Of a stretch of DNA of 64,000 nt, positions 1 through 11,489 are shown one piece after another; positions within the stretch are counted from its first letter, which is position 1, and each line of letters begins with the position of its first letter. The notes beneath the pieces were generated by a model. The model saw only the letters and a list, made by a program, of their open reading frames with translations, did not search any database and was not told the origin of the DNA. The translations under genes were made by a program, and so were the position numbers. This DNA is from Lama guanicoe (Eukaryota), in the NCBI GenBank assembly GCA_013239625.1, contig MU053652.1, positions 5,693,902 to 5,757,901 of the forward strand. The letters run 5' to 3'.

Positions 1-215
1 GAATATGGACTTTGAAGGCAGACAGACACAGGTTCAAGTCTTATCTCTGCTGTCACCAGCTCTGGGACCTTGGGCTATTTTCCAGGTTTTAGTTTCTTAA
101 TCCGCAGCTTGGGGATGATCTTTATGGCACAGAATTATCTTGAGGGTTCAACCAATTTATTATATATATATATATATATAAATGTGCTTGGGCCAGCCCC
201 TGGCATATGGAAATG
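1..215 (+). mobile_element. MIR SINE, containing a (TA)10 tract at 161-180
   Basis: MIR-like body 'ggactttgaaggcagacagac..ggttcaagtc..tctgctgtcaccagctctgggaccttgggc' and 3' end 'aatgtgcttgggccagcccctggcatatgg'. Confidence 0.7.
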
Positions 216-934
216 GCTCTGAATTTTCAACAGTAAAAACACCAATATTAAGGAAAGTAATCCCTGTGCTAGCTCCTTTTTTTTCAGCAAGCTCCTATGA
301 TGCATCCTGGTTTCTAGTGACTTGGAAAGTCACTTCGACAGGGTATGGGAAGAATGATAGACTGTATTGACTTTTACACATGGTTATAGAAAGAACTGAT
401 TTCTGTCATTTTTATAATTGTTAAAAATGCTGATGAAGTCTGTGTCATCTTGCAGTTGATGCTTGGGTTGGCGATATAAGTAAAAAGCAACTTTAGAAGT
501 TTTTAAGTGTTTCACCCTTCTACTTGAAAATCAGGATTTTTACTGAGGGAACAATCCAATCCAGTGAGGTGCTCAGAAGGGAGCTTGCATAGAATGATCC
601 TTGTGTAGAAACAAGCTTACTTGTAGGCAGACACACACGTAAGTGAGTAGATGAATTAGTTGTCTAAGTGCATTTTAGAACTTTTCAAGTACAAATATCA
701 GGTTGTCTCTACCAGATATCCATTTATTCTGATAAATGGTATTTTAAAAAGACATTCAGATTTTGAAGGTTAAGATAAATGTAACAGACAAAGAAAATGA
801 ACTGAATTCCTTCCTATCATGCTGCTCCTGAGACTGGTAATAAATGGTGATAATGAACATCTTTTTCCAAATTTAAGTGACCTATTTGTTCATTGGCAGA
901 CAGGATATTGGACGGGGAAAAAAGGAAAATTACT

Positions 935-1100
935 ACCATTTGTTGAATATCTCCCAGTGATAGAATATCTATCTATCAGATGCAGCATTCTACATTTTTT
1001 ATGTAATTCTCACAAATGCCCTGCTGATTGTGAGACACTCTGCCCATCTTTCAGGTGAGGAAAGTTTTCAGAGAGGTGAGGGAACAAGTCAAAAGCCTAT
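935..1100 (-). mobile_element. MIR SINE
   Basis: Antisense MIR core 'taattctcacaaatgccctg..cccatctttcaggtgaggaaagttttcagagaggtgag'. Confidence 0.65.
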
Positions 1101-2021
1101 ACCGACAAATGGGACAAATGGCTGCTCCCAATCATGACACCATATTGTCACTCATTTGTGAAGGAACGTTGTCTCCTTGAGTGAAAATGAATCAGTGTTT
1201 TGAGCAGCATCGCTAATGTTTGGTTCCCAGAGAGGGAACTTTTGGTGGGAGGAGCTGAATGTTGACGATGCTGACAGTCTGCGTTCCCCTTGGGCTTCTC
1301 TCACCCACTTTCTTGACTACACAACCACCACCCCAGTCGCAAGAGATGTTCTCAGATTCCTGTCTTTCCAGAAAACAGGATTTCCTAAGCACAAGGGGGA
1401 GGTTTCTTAATACTGGTTATAACCAATGCAGCAAGATATTCTGGTTGCCCATGGAGAGAGTGGAAAAGAACTTCGGTTACTTTCCAATGAAAGGCACTTC
1501 AGTAGAATAGAAACTCCAACCAAGCACTAAGTTTTCGGGTTTTTAATGACACGAAGAAACCATTCCCTCACTGAAGCAGGGACGTCCTGTCACTCTCGTG
1601 CAGTGTTTATCTCCTGAGTGGAGATCCACTCGGCCCACCCATGTTCAAGTAGGAAATGGTACATGTTACATGAAAGCATTGAATGAAAGCTGACTGATCG
1701 GGCTGACAGAAGAGCCAAACGGAAGCCGGGTGAGGGGACAGGGCTTCTGGACATCTTCCTGGCTCCGTTGTGTGGTCGGCCATCTGTGCTCTGCTGCAGA
1801 CTCCGCCTGTCTCCGGCTCTGGGACCAATCCTGTCCTCAGTGAGGGGTCAGTAAAAGCTTTACTGCTCCTTGTATTAAACTGTACATCACATCAGGGCCT
1901 CCAGTCCAGCTCCAACATCGTGTTTTGGCTCCAGGGATGCAGCTTTTAGTCTGTTCCCAGAAGCAAGTTTTCCCATATAGATGTTCCAGTTCCAGTTGGA
2001 GAATTGCCCTCATCCTGAATC

Positions 2022-2130
2022 CAGGGAGACCAACCTGGTTTGTCCAGGACTGCCTCAGTTTTAGCACCCAAAGTCCCATGTCCTGGGAAATCTTGCCGTC
2101 GTGGGCATCTCAGAATAGTCAGTCACCCTA
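2022..2130 (-). mobile_element. MER81-like hAT (Blackjack) MITE
   Basis: Termini 'cagggagaccaac' and 'cagtcacccta'; internal 'ggtttgtccaggactgcctcagttttagcac..aaagtcccatgtcctgggaa'; ~110 bp. Confidence 0.8.
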
Positions 2131-3164
2131 CAAGCCCTCGTCTGGATCATGTGCCTGGAGTCGCCGTAGTGCTAAGCCCGACACTTTTTGCTTCTTGTTG
2201 AGTTTGAAGTCTCATCCTTAAATTGCTACCATACCCTTTAGCGATTGCTGAGTGCATTAATAAATTGAATTTGGGATTCTGGCTGCAAGTTCCCCTAAAG
2301 AATGTGATTCTGATTATCAAACCACCCACATCTTTTGCGCACGAATTCTAAGTGAGTAAAATTTCAGTTCATTAGAGGGCACTGCTAATACCAGGTGTTT
2401 CGGGAAGTTATCCTTGACTAACAATGAGTGGGTGGAAGGGCTGGGGAAAACTCAAGTTTGACCATATTAGGGTAAATGTTTTGCTTAGTGGGAAAGCATT
2501 CTTCTCTGCTCTTTGCTCTCATGGTCTAATGGGATCAGACACGTACAGTTACCTAAATATATGCAACTGTAAATCATACTGCCCCTCATCGCTCTCCCTA
2601 AATCACAGGTCCCTTTTGCTGGAGATTTGTCTAAAAGCATGTGCTATGTGATACCTTGGAGTCCTTGTTATTTGTTAAGTAAAAAAATTAAATAGTAATG
2701 ACAGAGATGAACACAAAGATTATTATAACAAAATGATTTACTATGTAGCTGGTAAAGAAGGGACCTGACATACTGTTGTAAATTGGATGGAGTTTGCTTT
2801 TGCTATTAAAGAAACGTCAGTTTTATCTAGTGATACTTTTAACTGCTTGCATCTAACGCAGGATAATATCCTTTAAAACAAAGGGGAGACATTTGAGGCA
2901 TAATGAGGAACTCTCGAGAGCACATTAGAGACCTAAAGCATCGCTTTTATCTGTCATAGGCAGTCTTGGTGAGAGAGGGAGGGGGTGGGGAGAGAGAGAA
3001 ACCTAACTGAGAATTTTCCAGAGAATTTCTCAAATCAAGCTAAATATTGAATGTGGAAAACGAACTCTCACAAAATCAGCTTACAGTGAGGCGAGTCTCC
3101 TTTAAGATTTTGACATAAAGAGTAATTCTTGATTGGGTAGAATTCTGTTTGCTGTTTCCAGGAA

Positions 3165-3570
3165 CCCTCACGTGGCAGGAATCGTTTTACGCAGAATAAA
3201 TACGGCACCGGTTATTTCCAGATGTGCAGCTTCCTTGGCTGACAGAGAGGATGGGTATGCATTGCAGAAATGCTTGCCTGCGATTTGGTTCCTAAGAAAA
3301 CAAGCATTTTTTTTTTTGCTCTAGAAATGGAAGTTACGATGTTCCTTCAGCAGGGGCTCACGTGCGAACCCCGGCTACCGGCGGGAAGTGGCTGAGGTAG
3401 ACAGAGAAGAGAGCAAAGCCACAGCGCGGATGAGCTGTTGCAACTGCGTGCGGAGGACAGAGCCTGTTCGAAAAAGCCCGTTGGCATCGGTATTGATTAT
3501 GCCACAGGAGGACTGTGGGTGCTGAAGGCAAAGCAGAGATTCGGGGTCGGGGAGAGAATCTCAGCGCCAC
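3165..3570. promoter_or_regulatory. CpG-enriched patch, candidate enhancer or orphan promoter
   Basis: About 22 CpGs counted in ~400 bp of otherwise CpG-depleted DNA; CACGTG at 3169 and 3359; GGCGGGAAGT at 3380. Confidence 0.35.
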
Positions 3571-3750
3571 CACTTACTAGCTAGGTAGCTTGAGGCAAAT
3601 CACTTCCCCTCTCTGTGCTTGGTAGTCTTCACGTATAACATAGGTTGGGTTAATAACACCTCTCTCACAAGGTTGTTTTGAGCCTCAGATGAGATAACGT
3701 CTGAGAAAGTACTTTATAAACTCTTAAATGCTACACAAAGGTTAACTATT
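3520..3750 (+). mobile_element. MIR-family SINE (MIR3/MIRc-like)
   Basis: 'gccaccacttactagctaggtagcttgaggcaaatcacttcccctctctgtgc..cacaaggttgttttgagcctcagatgagataacgt..aaatgctacacaaa'. Confidence 0.8.
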
Positions 3751-4489
3751 TTCCCATAATGTGGTTTATAATTGCATGTGTTTAGGTATTCCATGAGTCA
3801 CAGTGTTACCTCCAAAAGCTAGGGCCTGATAGAAGTTATTCTGTGACACGGATATTAGTCCTTTCCCTGGGTAGAAGCATTATAAAAGGTTAGCACTATA
3901 TTAAGTAATAGATCTATCGTTCTACTAAATTATTCATGATTATGTGTTCAGTGAATGATCAATTTGATTGAAATAATCGTCAGGTGTTCTCAGGGCTCTG
4001 GAGAGGAAGCTGATAAATGACATAAGGTTTCCTCAGTGTGATGCCTTCGCTACTATTAAACGTTTAAGAAAAACCAATTAATGGAATCTCTGCGAAAAAA
4101 TGTCATCAAGTTGCCGTCTGGAATATTAAAGGAATTATCCCTTTTTTTAAGCTTTTTTTCCCCCCGAACAAATCAAAGCTTTTCAGTTAAAGTTTCAGGG
4201 TGGTGAATGATTTCAGCCATTTTCTGAAGATTAGTCTTTTGAGTATGAAAGAGAGAAATCGATTTCCTTTTTCATAAGGAAAGACATGTTAATTTTTTGT
4301 CCTTGTGTAACGAATGAATGAATGGGTTCGGTGAATTTTGGTTAGGAATTTTAATAGCTGTTGAAAAGGTTTGTGTTGGGTCTCTTCTTGGGAAATAGGC
4401 GCCCTCCCCTCTCCCCATCTCTAATCTCTGACTTCTCCTGTGACTAAGGAACCATCTCAGTGACAATGAGCGTGAGAACTCCACTTGGG

Positions 4490-4870
4490 TACCCTGTTGT
4501 CATCTCAAATGAAACTAATTTCCTCCCCCATCTGCATCACCACAGCCACCTACATCCTCACTTCTGTCAATAGCCCATTCTTTCCATTTCTCTTGCTAAA
4601 ATTCTTTGGAGTTGTATTTGTCTTTCAATACCCTCCAATATTTCTTATAACCAATATGTTTGTGAATCCTGACTTTTATCCTGCTGAGAGTGTCTCTGGT
4701 TGGACCCCCACATCCCCTGCCTATAGTATGACCCCAGCTTTAATAATTGCAGTATCAGGGCAGCTCTGACTCCAACAGTTGGCTTCCTCCAATTCCTCCT
4801 GAGTCCTTCCATACTATCACTTTCATTGCACTATTAACTCTTTGTACAAACAGCAGTCTCTCTGTATCGT
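4490..4870 (+). mobile_element. Degraded L2 LINE fragment
   Basis: Pyrimidine-rich L2-like tract 'aaatgaaactaatttcctcccc..ttgctaaaattctttggagttgtatttgtcttt'. Confidence 0.45.
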
Positions 4871-5458
4871 GTGCTGCATCAAATTCAACTCCTTTCTTGG
4901 AGTAGCACCGTTTTTTTGTTTTTTGTTTTTGGTCCCGTGATGTTTCATCAGAGTTGCTGGAATTTAGTCCCTGCACACCTGAGCTTAGCCAGTTCAGCCA
5001 CCTGCCTGTCCCCCTTGCTTCTCTGATTATCTCAGCTCCTTGGGACTGACCTTTCCCCAGCAGGGACCTTGGGAAAGGCCAGAAGCAGGGGAGCAAGAAG
5101 GTGTTTCAAACATAGAGGTTCAACAGTCCTCAACTTCAGTCTGCACCTCTTTCTTCAGTTTGTTACAGTCTAGGCACCCCTACCGCCCTATGCTCTATCC
5201 TGTCTGGAAGAGCAGTAGATCATTTCCATCCTGATGGGGAGAGCATTCTCTCCAGCACTGGCATCTGTAGCCCTCGATCTCTGGGAATGACCAGGTGGGA
5301 GCCGGGATAGCATTGATAGAGGCCACGTCATCAGTAAGGGTAGTAGAAGAAATGGCAGCAAAGGAACCTGACATGGTAGCTGAAGGTCTGGCGAACACAG
5401 CAGAATTTGAATGTCCACAAGCATTAGCAGGAGGAAGAAGGGTGGAGGGCTGAGTACT

Positions 5459-5473
5459 CCACTAGGGGGGCCC
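5459..5473 (+). promoter_or_regulatory. CTCF-like motif
   Basis: ccactaggggggccc matches the first 11 positions of CCASYAGRKGGCRS. Confidence 0.35.
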
Positions 5474-7599
5474 GAAAGCCAGACATTATTAATTAAATTC
5501 GTAACTCTGTCCGTGCCTACTCACCTAGGAACTGCAGGAAAATGACAGTAAGCTGGGTGAATTTTGAAATAACAACACACAGTTCATAGAGACACTTAAA
5601 AGTGTTAATCTTTCTAGTGTTAAAAAATGATGCTCTATTGGATTACTTCAAGCAGCTGAGTTTTGTCATTTGTATTGGTTAATAATCATGTTCCTCTTCA
5701 AGATCATTAAAGATGTGATTGAATTAAACAACATGTAAAGCTCCAAACATAATTTCTAGTAGCTGGCAGGGTTTAAGAAGTGCAAGTGCCTTTACCCTTC
5801 CCTTTCTTTGAATTCAATAATTTAAAGACAGTTATTCATGTAAGTAAACAACATGTAAAACCTTTCTGTGGACTGTTTTGCTCCAGTTCATGGGAATCTG
5901 AAAAACCCTCAAGAAGTTGAAGAAAAGATTTGGGGGCAGTAAGAATGAGCATAGGTGTTTTTCATACCTGTCTCACATACAGGGGTAGAATATACGTCTC
6001 CATGTTGGTGTAGAATACGGAGGCAGCAGGCTCATGTGAACGCTTCTAAGCCCCTGCTCCAAGCCCACTGCATCACTACCTAACAGATATATTTGCACAA
6101 ATGGGTCCCAATTTGCGAAAGCTAGCATTGAACTTGTATAGTAGGCAAGTTATGGGTGATTATTTTACTATAAGAGATTCTTTGCTCTGAAAGACACAAA
6201 TCAAAAAAAAAATTTTTTTTCACATGTACCTGTCGTGTAAAATAAATTCTATCTGGATGAAAAGTACATTAATATCCATCTGAATAAATCTGCAAAAACA
6301 AACATTGCCTATGTTTTTATTCTGGATTTGGAATTTAAAAAAAAAAAAGATCCACTCAAAATTCTCAGGGAAACAAATCTTAAGAAGTTCCTTAACTCCG
6401 TAGCCTCCTGTCGTATTTGGGTTCCTATCTTCTGCAGGTCTTTTCCCTCATATTCTCTATATTTTATTTTCTAAAATATATCACTTATTCGAGTTAAATT
6501 TCTTATTACATTTTGTTTCTTTACTATTCTGATTCATGATAAAATTTTTTATGTTCTATATGGAAGAAAGAATTAGTATTTGGGAATTTTCTCTTCTCTC
6601 TCACCCAGTGTTTGTTATTGCATGTCTTGAGGAATCTATGTGCTAATTCTCTGCTTTTTAGTATTTTATAAAATAGATATGTTAATGTGTATATATATAT
6701 ATATAATATGTGTATATGTGTGTGTATTTGGCATAGATAAAAAAACCACCATTTAAAGATTTAATCAAGTTTCAATTAAATAGTTACTTAGTTAACTAAT
6801 AGTTCAATTAATAGGCAGCAACTACTGTATGTATCTAGTTACATGTGTATCTAGACACGTGTGTGTCTAGCTTAGAAATGCCATTTTAGAAACTTGTTTG
6901 AAACCTTGCCTCTCAATGTCATGTAATTCTCAGAGAGATGAAGGCAAGTCTTTTCAGGCTGAAATCCCCTAGAGTTTTTATTCTTCTGTCATGTCTAGTC
7001 TTTAAACACCTCTTGGGGATTATGGCAGCAGTAAGAAATACCTAGCAGTGGCTTTCATATGAGACAGGATGTCAGTGTACATAGCTGCTTCCCACTGACT
7101 GGCCTTAGTTGTTTCTCCCATGGTATAATAAAAAACAAATATTCTCCAATGCCTATTTTAAAAAGGTGATCATCAACAAGGATTCTTCTAATCCGTCCTG
7201 ATGTACATGCCAGAAAAGAAGTTACCGAGATCTTTGTGGCTAGTCAAGTGCTTTCAAGGAAAGACAAGTGACTTTGATTTCCAATTTTTATTTGGTTATG
7301 AAGAGAGAATAACATATTTAGCCTTATGGAAGAAAACTCTCCTCAACGAGAACTCTACTGAATTGATGTAGTATATTTCAGAGTCATCTAGAAGCTGTTT
7401 GTAATTATGATGAAGGATTATGGTGATGTCAGAGTGTGAGTCAGTACCCCTCGAAATAGCATTTACATGAACGGATCATTTTGAGAAAAGATCTACAAAA
7501 GGACTAATTACTAATACTCTGGAGTCTTCCATATGCCCATTTAAAAAAATTTAAGCCTGGAATTTTTTTCTCCTCTGCCTATTCATTTTTAAGATTCAA

Positions 7600-7800
7600 A
7601 ACCACGTTACCTTCCTTGTAGGAGCCTTTTGGCAACTCCAGATATTCCTTTCCTTTTCTGAGTCTCCAGAACATTCTGCCTTATCATCATTAGAACCCTT
7701 AGCAGATTGTTTTGAAATCTGTGAGCTCCTCAATGTGACACTTCTTCTGCTGCTCAACTTGAACCCTTATACCTAGAACAGTGCCAGGCACACAGTGACT
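7600..7800 (+). mobile_element. L2 3' end
   Basis: 'ctgtgagctcctc..cctagaacagtgccaggcacacagt'. Confidence 0.65.
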
Positions 7801-8524
7801 GAGTTCATGAAGGAGAGGTAATGCCTTGACAGTATGCACACACTTCACGTCATGTTTGATGAACTGGCAACTGCATCTTTTTGAAAGAGTTTATAAGTAA
7901 ATTCAGATCACATTCAGATACGGTTTGGATAACGCTTGGACGAGGTATGTCTCATCCAAATGCCCCACGTTTATAATGGATGCTCATCTCCAAGGCTGTG
8001 ATAGCCAAAGGTCCCTATCATAGCTGTCAACACTCCCTCCACCCTTAAATGTTTCTAGTCACTATTGACTGCATCTGCTGCCTGCTTGCCCATTACTTGC
8101 TATTTCAGAATGTTATCGAGAAGAATGTGGGGGAGGAGGAAGAAGAATTGGAAGAAGGTGGCTGATGACAGCAAGAAATGAGGAACCAAAGAATTGCATG
8201 GTTTTTATTTTCCCCACCAGCCCAAATACTTTCCTATCATATAATCTGGAAAAAAAAAGGGGGGGGGAGACTAATATATGTAAATATTTAGCTCTAAAAT
8301 GGGATTTGGGTGCTCTTAGTTAAGGGGCAAAGTAAGAAACAACCCATGAAAACTATTCCCATAAACTTTCTCTTGTAACTTTCAAATAGCCCTAATTCGG
8401 GATCTGGGAAGTTTGAGGAGACCGGAAATTAATTTGTGAAGCCTGCTGTTTTCTCCCACAGACCAGGAGTGGTGACAAGAGCAAAGAAAACAAAGAAAAT
8501 CTTTTAATTCCTCTCGCCCTTCCT

Positions 8525-8663
8525 NNNNNNNNNNNNNNNNNNNNNNNNNNNNNNNNNNNNNNNNNNNNNNNNNNNNNNNNNNNNNNNNNNNNNNNNNNNN
8601 NNNNNNNNNNNNNNNNNNNNNNNNNNNNNNNNNNNNNNNNNNNNNNNNNNNNNNNNNNNNNNN
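8525..8663. other. Assembly gap (139 N)
   Basis: Run of n. Confidence 1.
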
Positions 8664-9186
8664 GTGGCTCCAGGAAGGTTTTAAAATTGAGCAACAAATC
8701 TACGGTTATTTGACTAAGGGCTTGAGATATAAAGTAGTGAGGTGACTGAACTGTAAGTTACAGGTTAGAAAGTGTTTTTTTGCATGAATTACTTTTTTTT
8801 TTAATTTGTATATGGCTCCTTCCAGAAATTGTAAACCCTGTTCTTGCAAGGCAGGTTTAAAAATCAAAATATAATTTTAATAGACTGCTTCTATTCAGAG
8901 GTTGTGCCCCTATTAGTTTTCTTTGGTCTGTGGAATATGAGCTAGTGCTAAATATAAATAAATATAATTTCAGAATGAGATTAAGAAAATATAATCTACT
9001 CTTAATTTGCATATTTGTTAAAAATTATTTGCACCTCACAGAGCTCCAGGTAAAATGATTTATAATTGAAATTACATTGTAACTAATATCTTTCATAGGC
9101 ACACATTTCATAATAGTAATCTTGCACCGAGATTCTAATAATATGAAAATATTAAAAAGGAAAATGAGTTGCAAAATATGGTTTAC

Positions 9187-9188
<2 letters not shown>

Positions 9189-9234
<46 letters not shown>

Positions 9235-9238
9235 TGTG
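9189..9238. repeat. (TG)18 microsatellite continuing as cgcgcatgcgtgtg
   Basis: Read directly; 50 bp of alternating purine-pyrimidine. Confidence 0.97.
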
Positions 9239-10224
9239 AGAGATCTCAGGCAAGCTTTTATCTATTTCATGTGTCAGTTCTACCATTTTAAAACTGAGGA
9301 TAATGTTTTTTTTCTGATTTTTATAGGGATATTTTTATGGACAGTTTACATGCTGTACATGAATATTCTTTGTGCCCTTTGGAACAAATGTTGTTAAATC
9401 TACTGTCCAGGGCCACATAGACTCTACTTATGAACTTGAAATCAAATAGGGAAAATTTCAAGTTAAAACTAAGAATGGGTTTCACATTTGATGTTTCATC
9501 TTGACATTTTACCTGATTGCTTCATTTATACATTTATGTGTTCAGAAATGAATTAGATTTCGAAGAAGAGAAGATAGGTATATACACAAGATTTTATTTT
9601 TGATCTTTCACGTTTTGGTTAACTCCTTCTGTCCTATAAATGTGGATTCAAAGTGGATGTTTTTCACTGGTGAAAGGAGCTTTACAACCCACATCAAGGA
9701 AAATACAGTTTGAGCAAAGGTCCAAAATTCCCTCGTTCACATGTAGCTTTGGCAATTCACAATCCAGAGAATACTAAAAAAGTCTAACGTGCTACGAGCG
9801 TTCTTTGTTACTTCTAATCTTCAGTGGCGAAGTGAAGAGGTTGTTTGTTGTCTTAAAATTCACACTTGCTTCATCACTCCTTCTATAACGCCAGTAAAGA
9901 CATAACTAAATTCTGTGCCTTCCCAAAATGATACATGACTTTTTGATGGAGTTTGAAATGGTGGCTGATTACTTTTGAATACTCAGGCGCCACTGGTTGG
10001 CGGCTCACATCTGCAGCAGAGGAAAACAATTAGTAAATTTGTGAATTAGCTTTGGTTTACAGATTAAACAAGCGAAGTAATTCTTTATAATTTTAACCAA
10101 CAGGCTGTGTCTTGATTACAGGATATTGGTGCTCATTAATAAATGGAACTATTTTTGGATTTTGCCAGTGCACGTGCATTTCATTCGCTTTTGCCTTTCG
10201 TGTTTACCATGATGTACCAGTCTC

Positions 10225-10390
10225 CAGGACCACATTCATAGTCTGTAGGGCCCAGTGCTCAAAAATTATTAAGACTTTCAAGACAATGACAGTAGAGCAT
10301 TAAAGCAAGTGTGCAGCCATTCTGAGGGCAAGGCCATTCTAAGTGCAGGGCCTTGTGCAACTGCATTGGTCGCCTGCCTAGATGGCCCTG
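10225..10390 (-). mobile_element. MER91-like hAT (Tip100) MITE
   Basis: Ends cagg.../...ccctg; 'gggcccagtgc..aaaaattattaagactttcaagacaatgacagtagagcattaaagcaagtg..agggccttgtgcaactgca'. Confidence 0.8.
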
Positions 10391-11489
10391 CTGGTCATGC
10401 TTTTGACAGCACTGGGTCCTGTGTGCCAACTCACAGTTTCCATTATTCATGGCCAGTTTGTGTGATCTCTAGATTTGGCTGGATCCTTTAAGGTAAGTTT
10501 CAGATTCCTTATAATACTCACTTTTATCACCGTCTAGATTATAATTACTTTATTTTGGTTAATAGTGATGTATCATCATTGCTTGCTTATCTGTAATCAA
10601 GAATTCAAAGCAACATATCATCAAAAAAGTCCCTAATAAGGGACTTGAATTAATCAGGCTTGATTCAAATTTGGGAAATGCCCAATTCACATGGAAGCTG
10701 AGTTTCTTAGCATTAAAAAAATTAACTTAATTATTTTCAAGTTTGTACAGTATTCAGAATAAGTGCTAACAGCTGGTTACAACTGGTAAGTCCTACCTGA
10801 CTTCAGATAAAGAATGGATCCTTAAGAAATGGGGAAGATTTATTTGTACAGAAATCATAAGCTAATTATTTTTAATGGTGTGTTTTCTTGACTCTAGATG
10901 TAAGGCCAAGTTTTCCTCTCAGAATCTTGTTTACACTAAACAATTTACTTTGCAAACATGTTTTCCCCTGGAGATGGGGAAACTTTGATCCTATTCCCCT
11001 CGGAATTATTACAAATTTCAAATTGTGGAAACTGAATTAATGAGACTGTGGTGTTTATTCCACTTTGACAAGAATAATTTTTAAAAAATACATGTGTGTA
11101 TACATATTTGGGAAGTGGGTGGGTAACAGATTTACCTTCGAACCATATCTTGCCAAGACTCAGTAACAAGAGTAAGTCTTTAATAGACACCTTTTTTTCA
11201 GGCAACTCGTAGACTGTGAATTCATTGTCCTTCAGGTTTGCGTGGGACCTCAAAATTCATTGAGAGGAAACTCTCACTGATGCGTTAGTCCCCTATACAA
11301 CACCCCACCAATATACTGTTCAGTCTGTTAGCGATCTGTCCAGCATGGGGGAGCTCACAGTCCATCATCCTGTACTACAAATTTCCTTGTTATGCCAAGT
11401 TGTGGTCTGTTTTCTTTGAACCTATTAATTCTCATTTGACCTCTTTGGGTCCTTCAGAGTAAGATTATTTTCATTGCAAACACCACTTT

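Noticed and set aside
2462-2471. CArG box CCATATTAGG (others at 31308, 34997, 39100)
   Set aside because: About five CC(A/T)6GG matches are expected by chance in 64 kb of this composition; four were noticed, unclustered.
5271-5453. Plus-strand 60-codon open frame after ctgtag (PSISGNDQVGAG...)
   Set aside because: Poor polypyrimidine tract, no recognisable family, and length within chance range.
10945-11253. Minus-strand ORF / exon-like segment SHANLKDNEFTVYELPEKKVSIKDLLLLLSLGKIWFE
   Set aside because: Weak acceptor with intervening AGs after the putative branch point, modest donor, and no recognisable homology.
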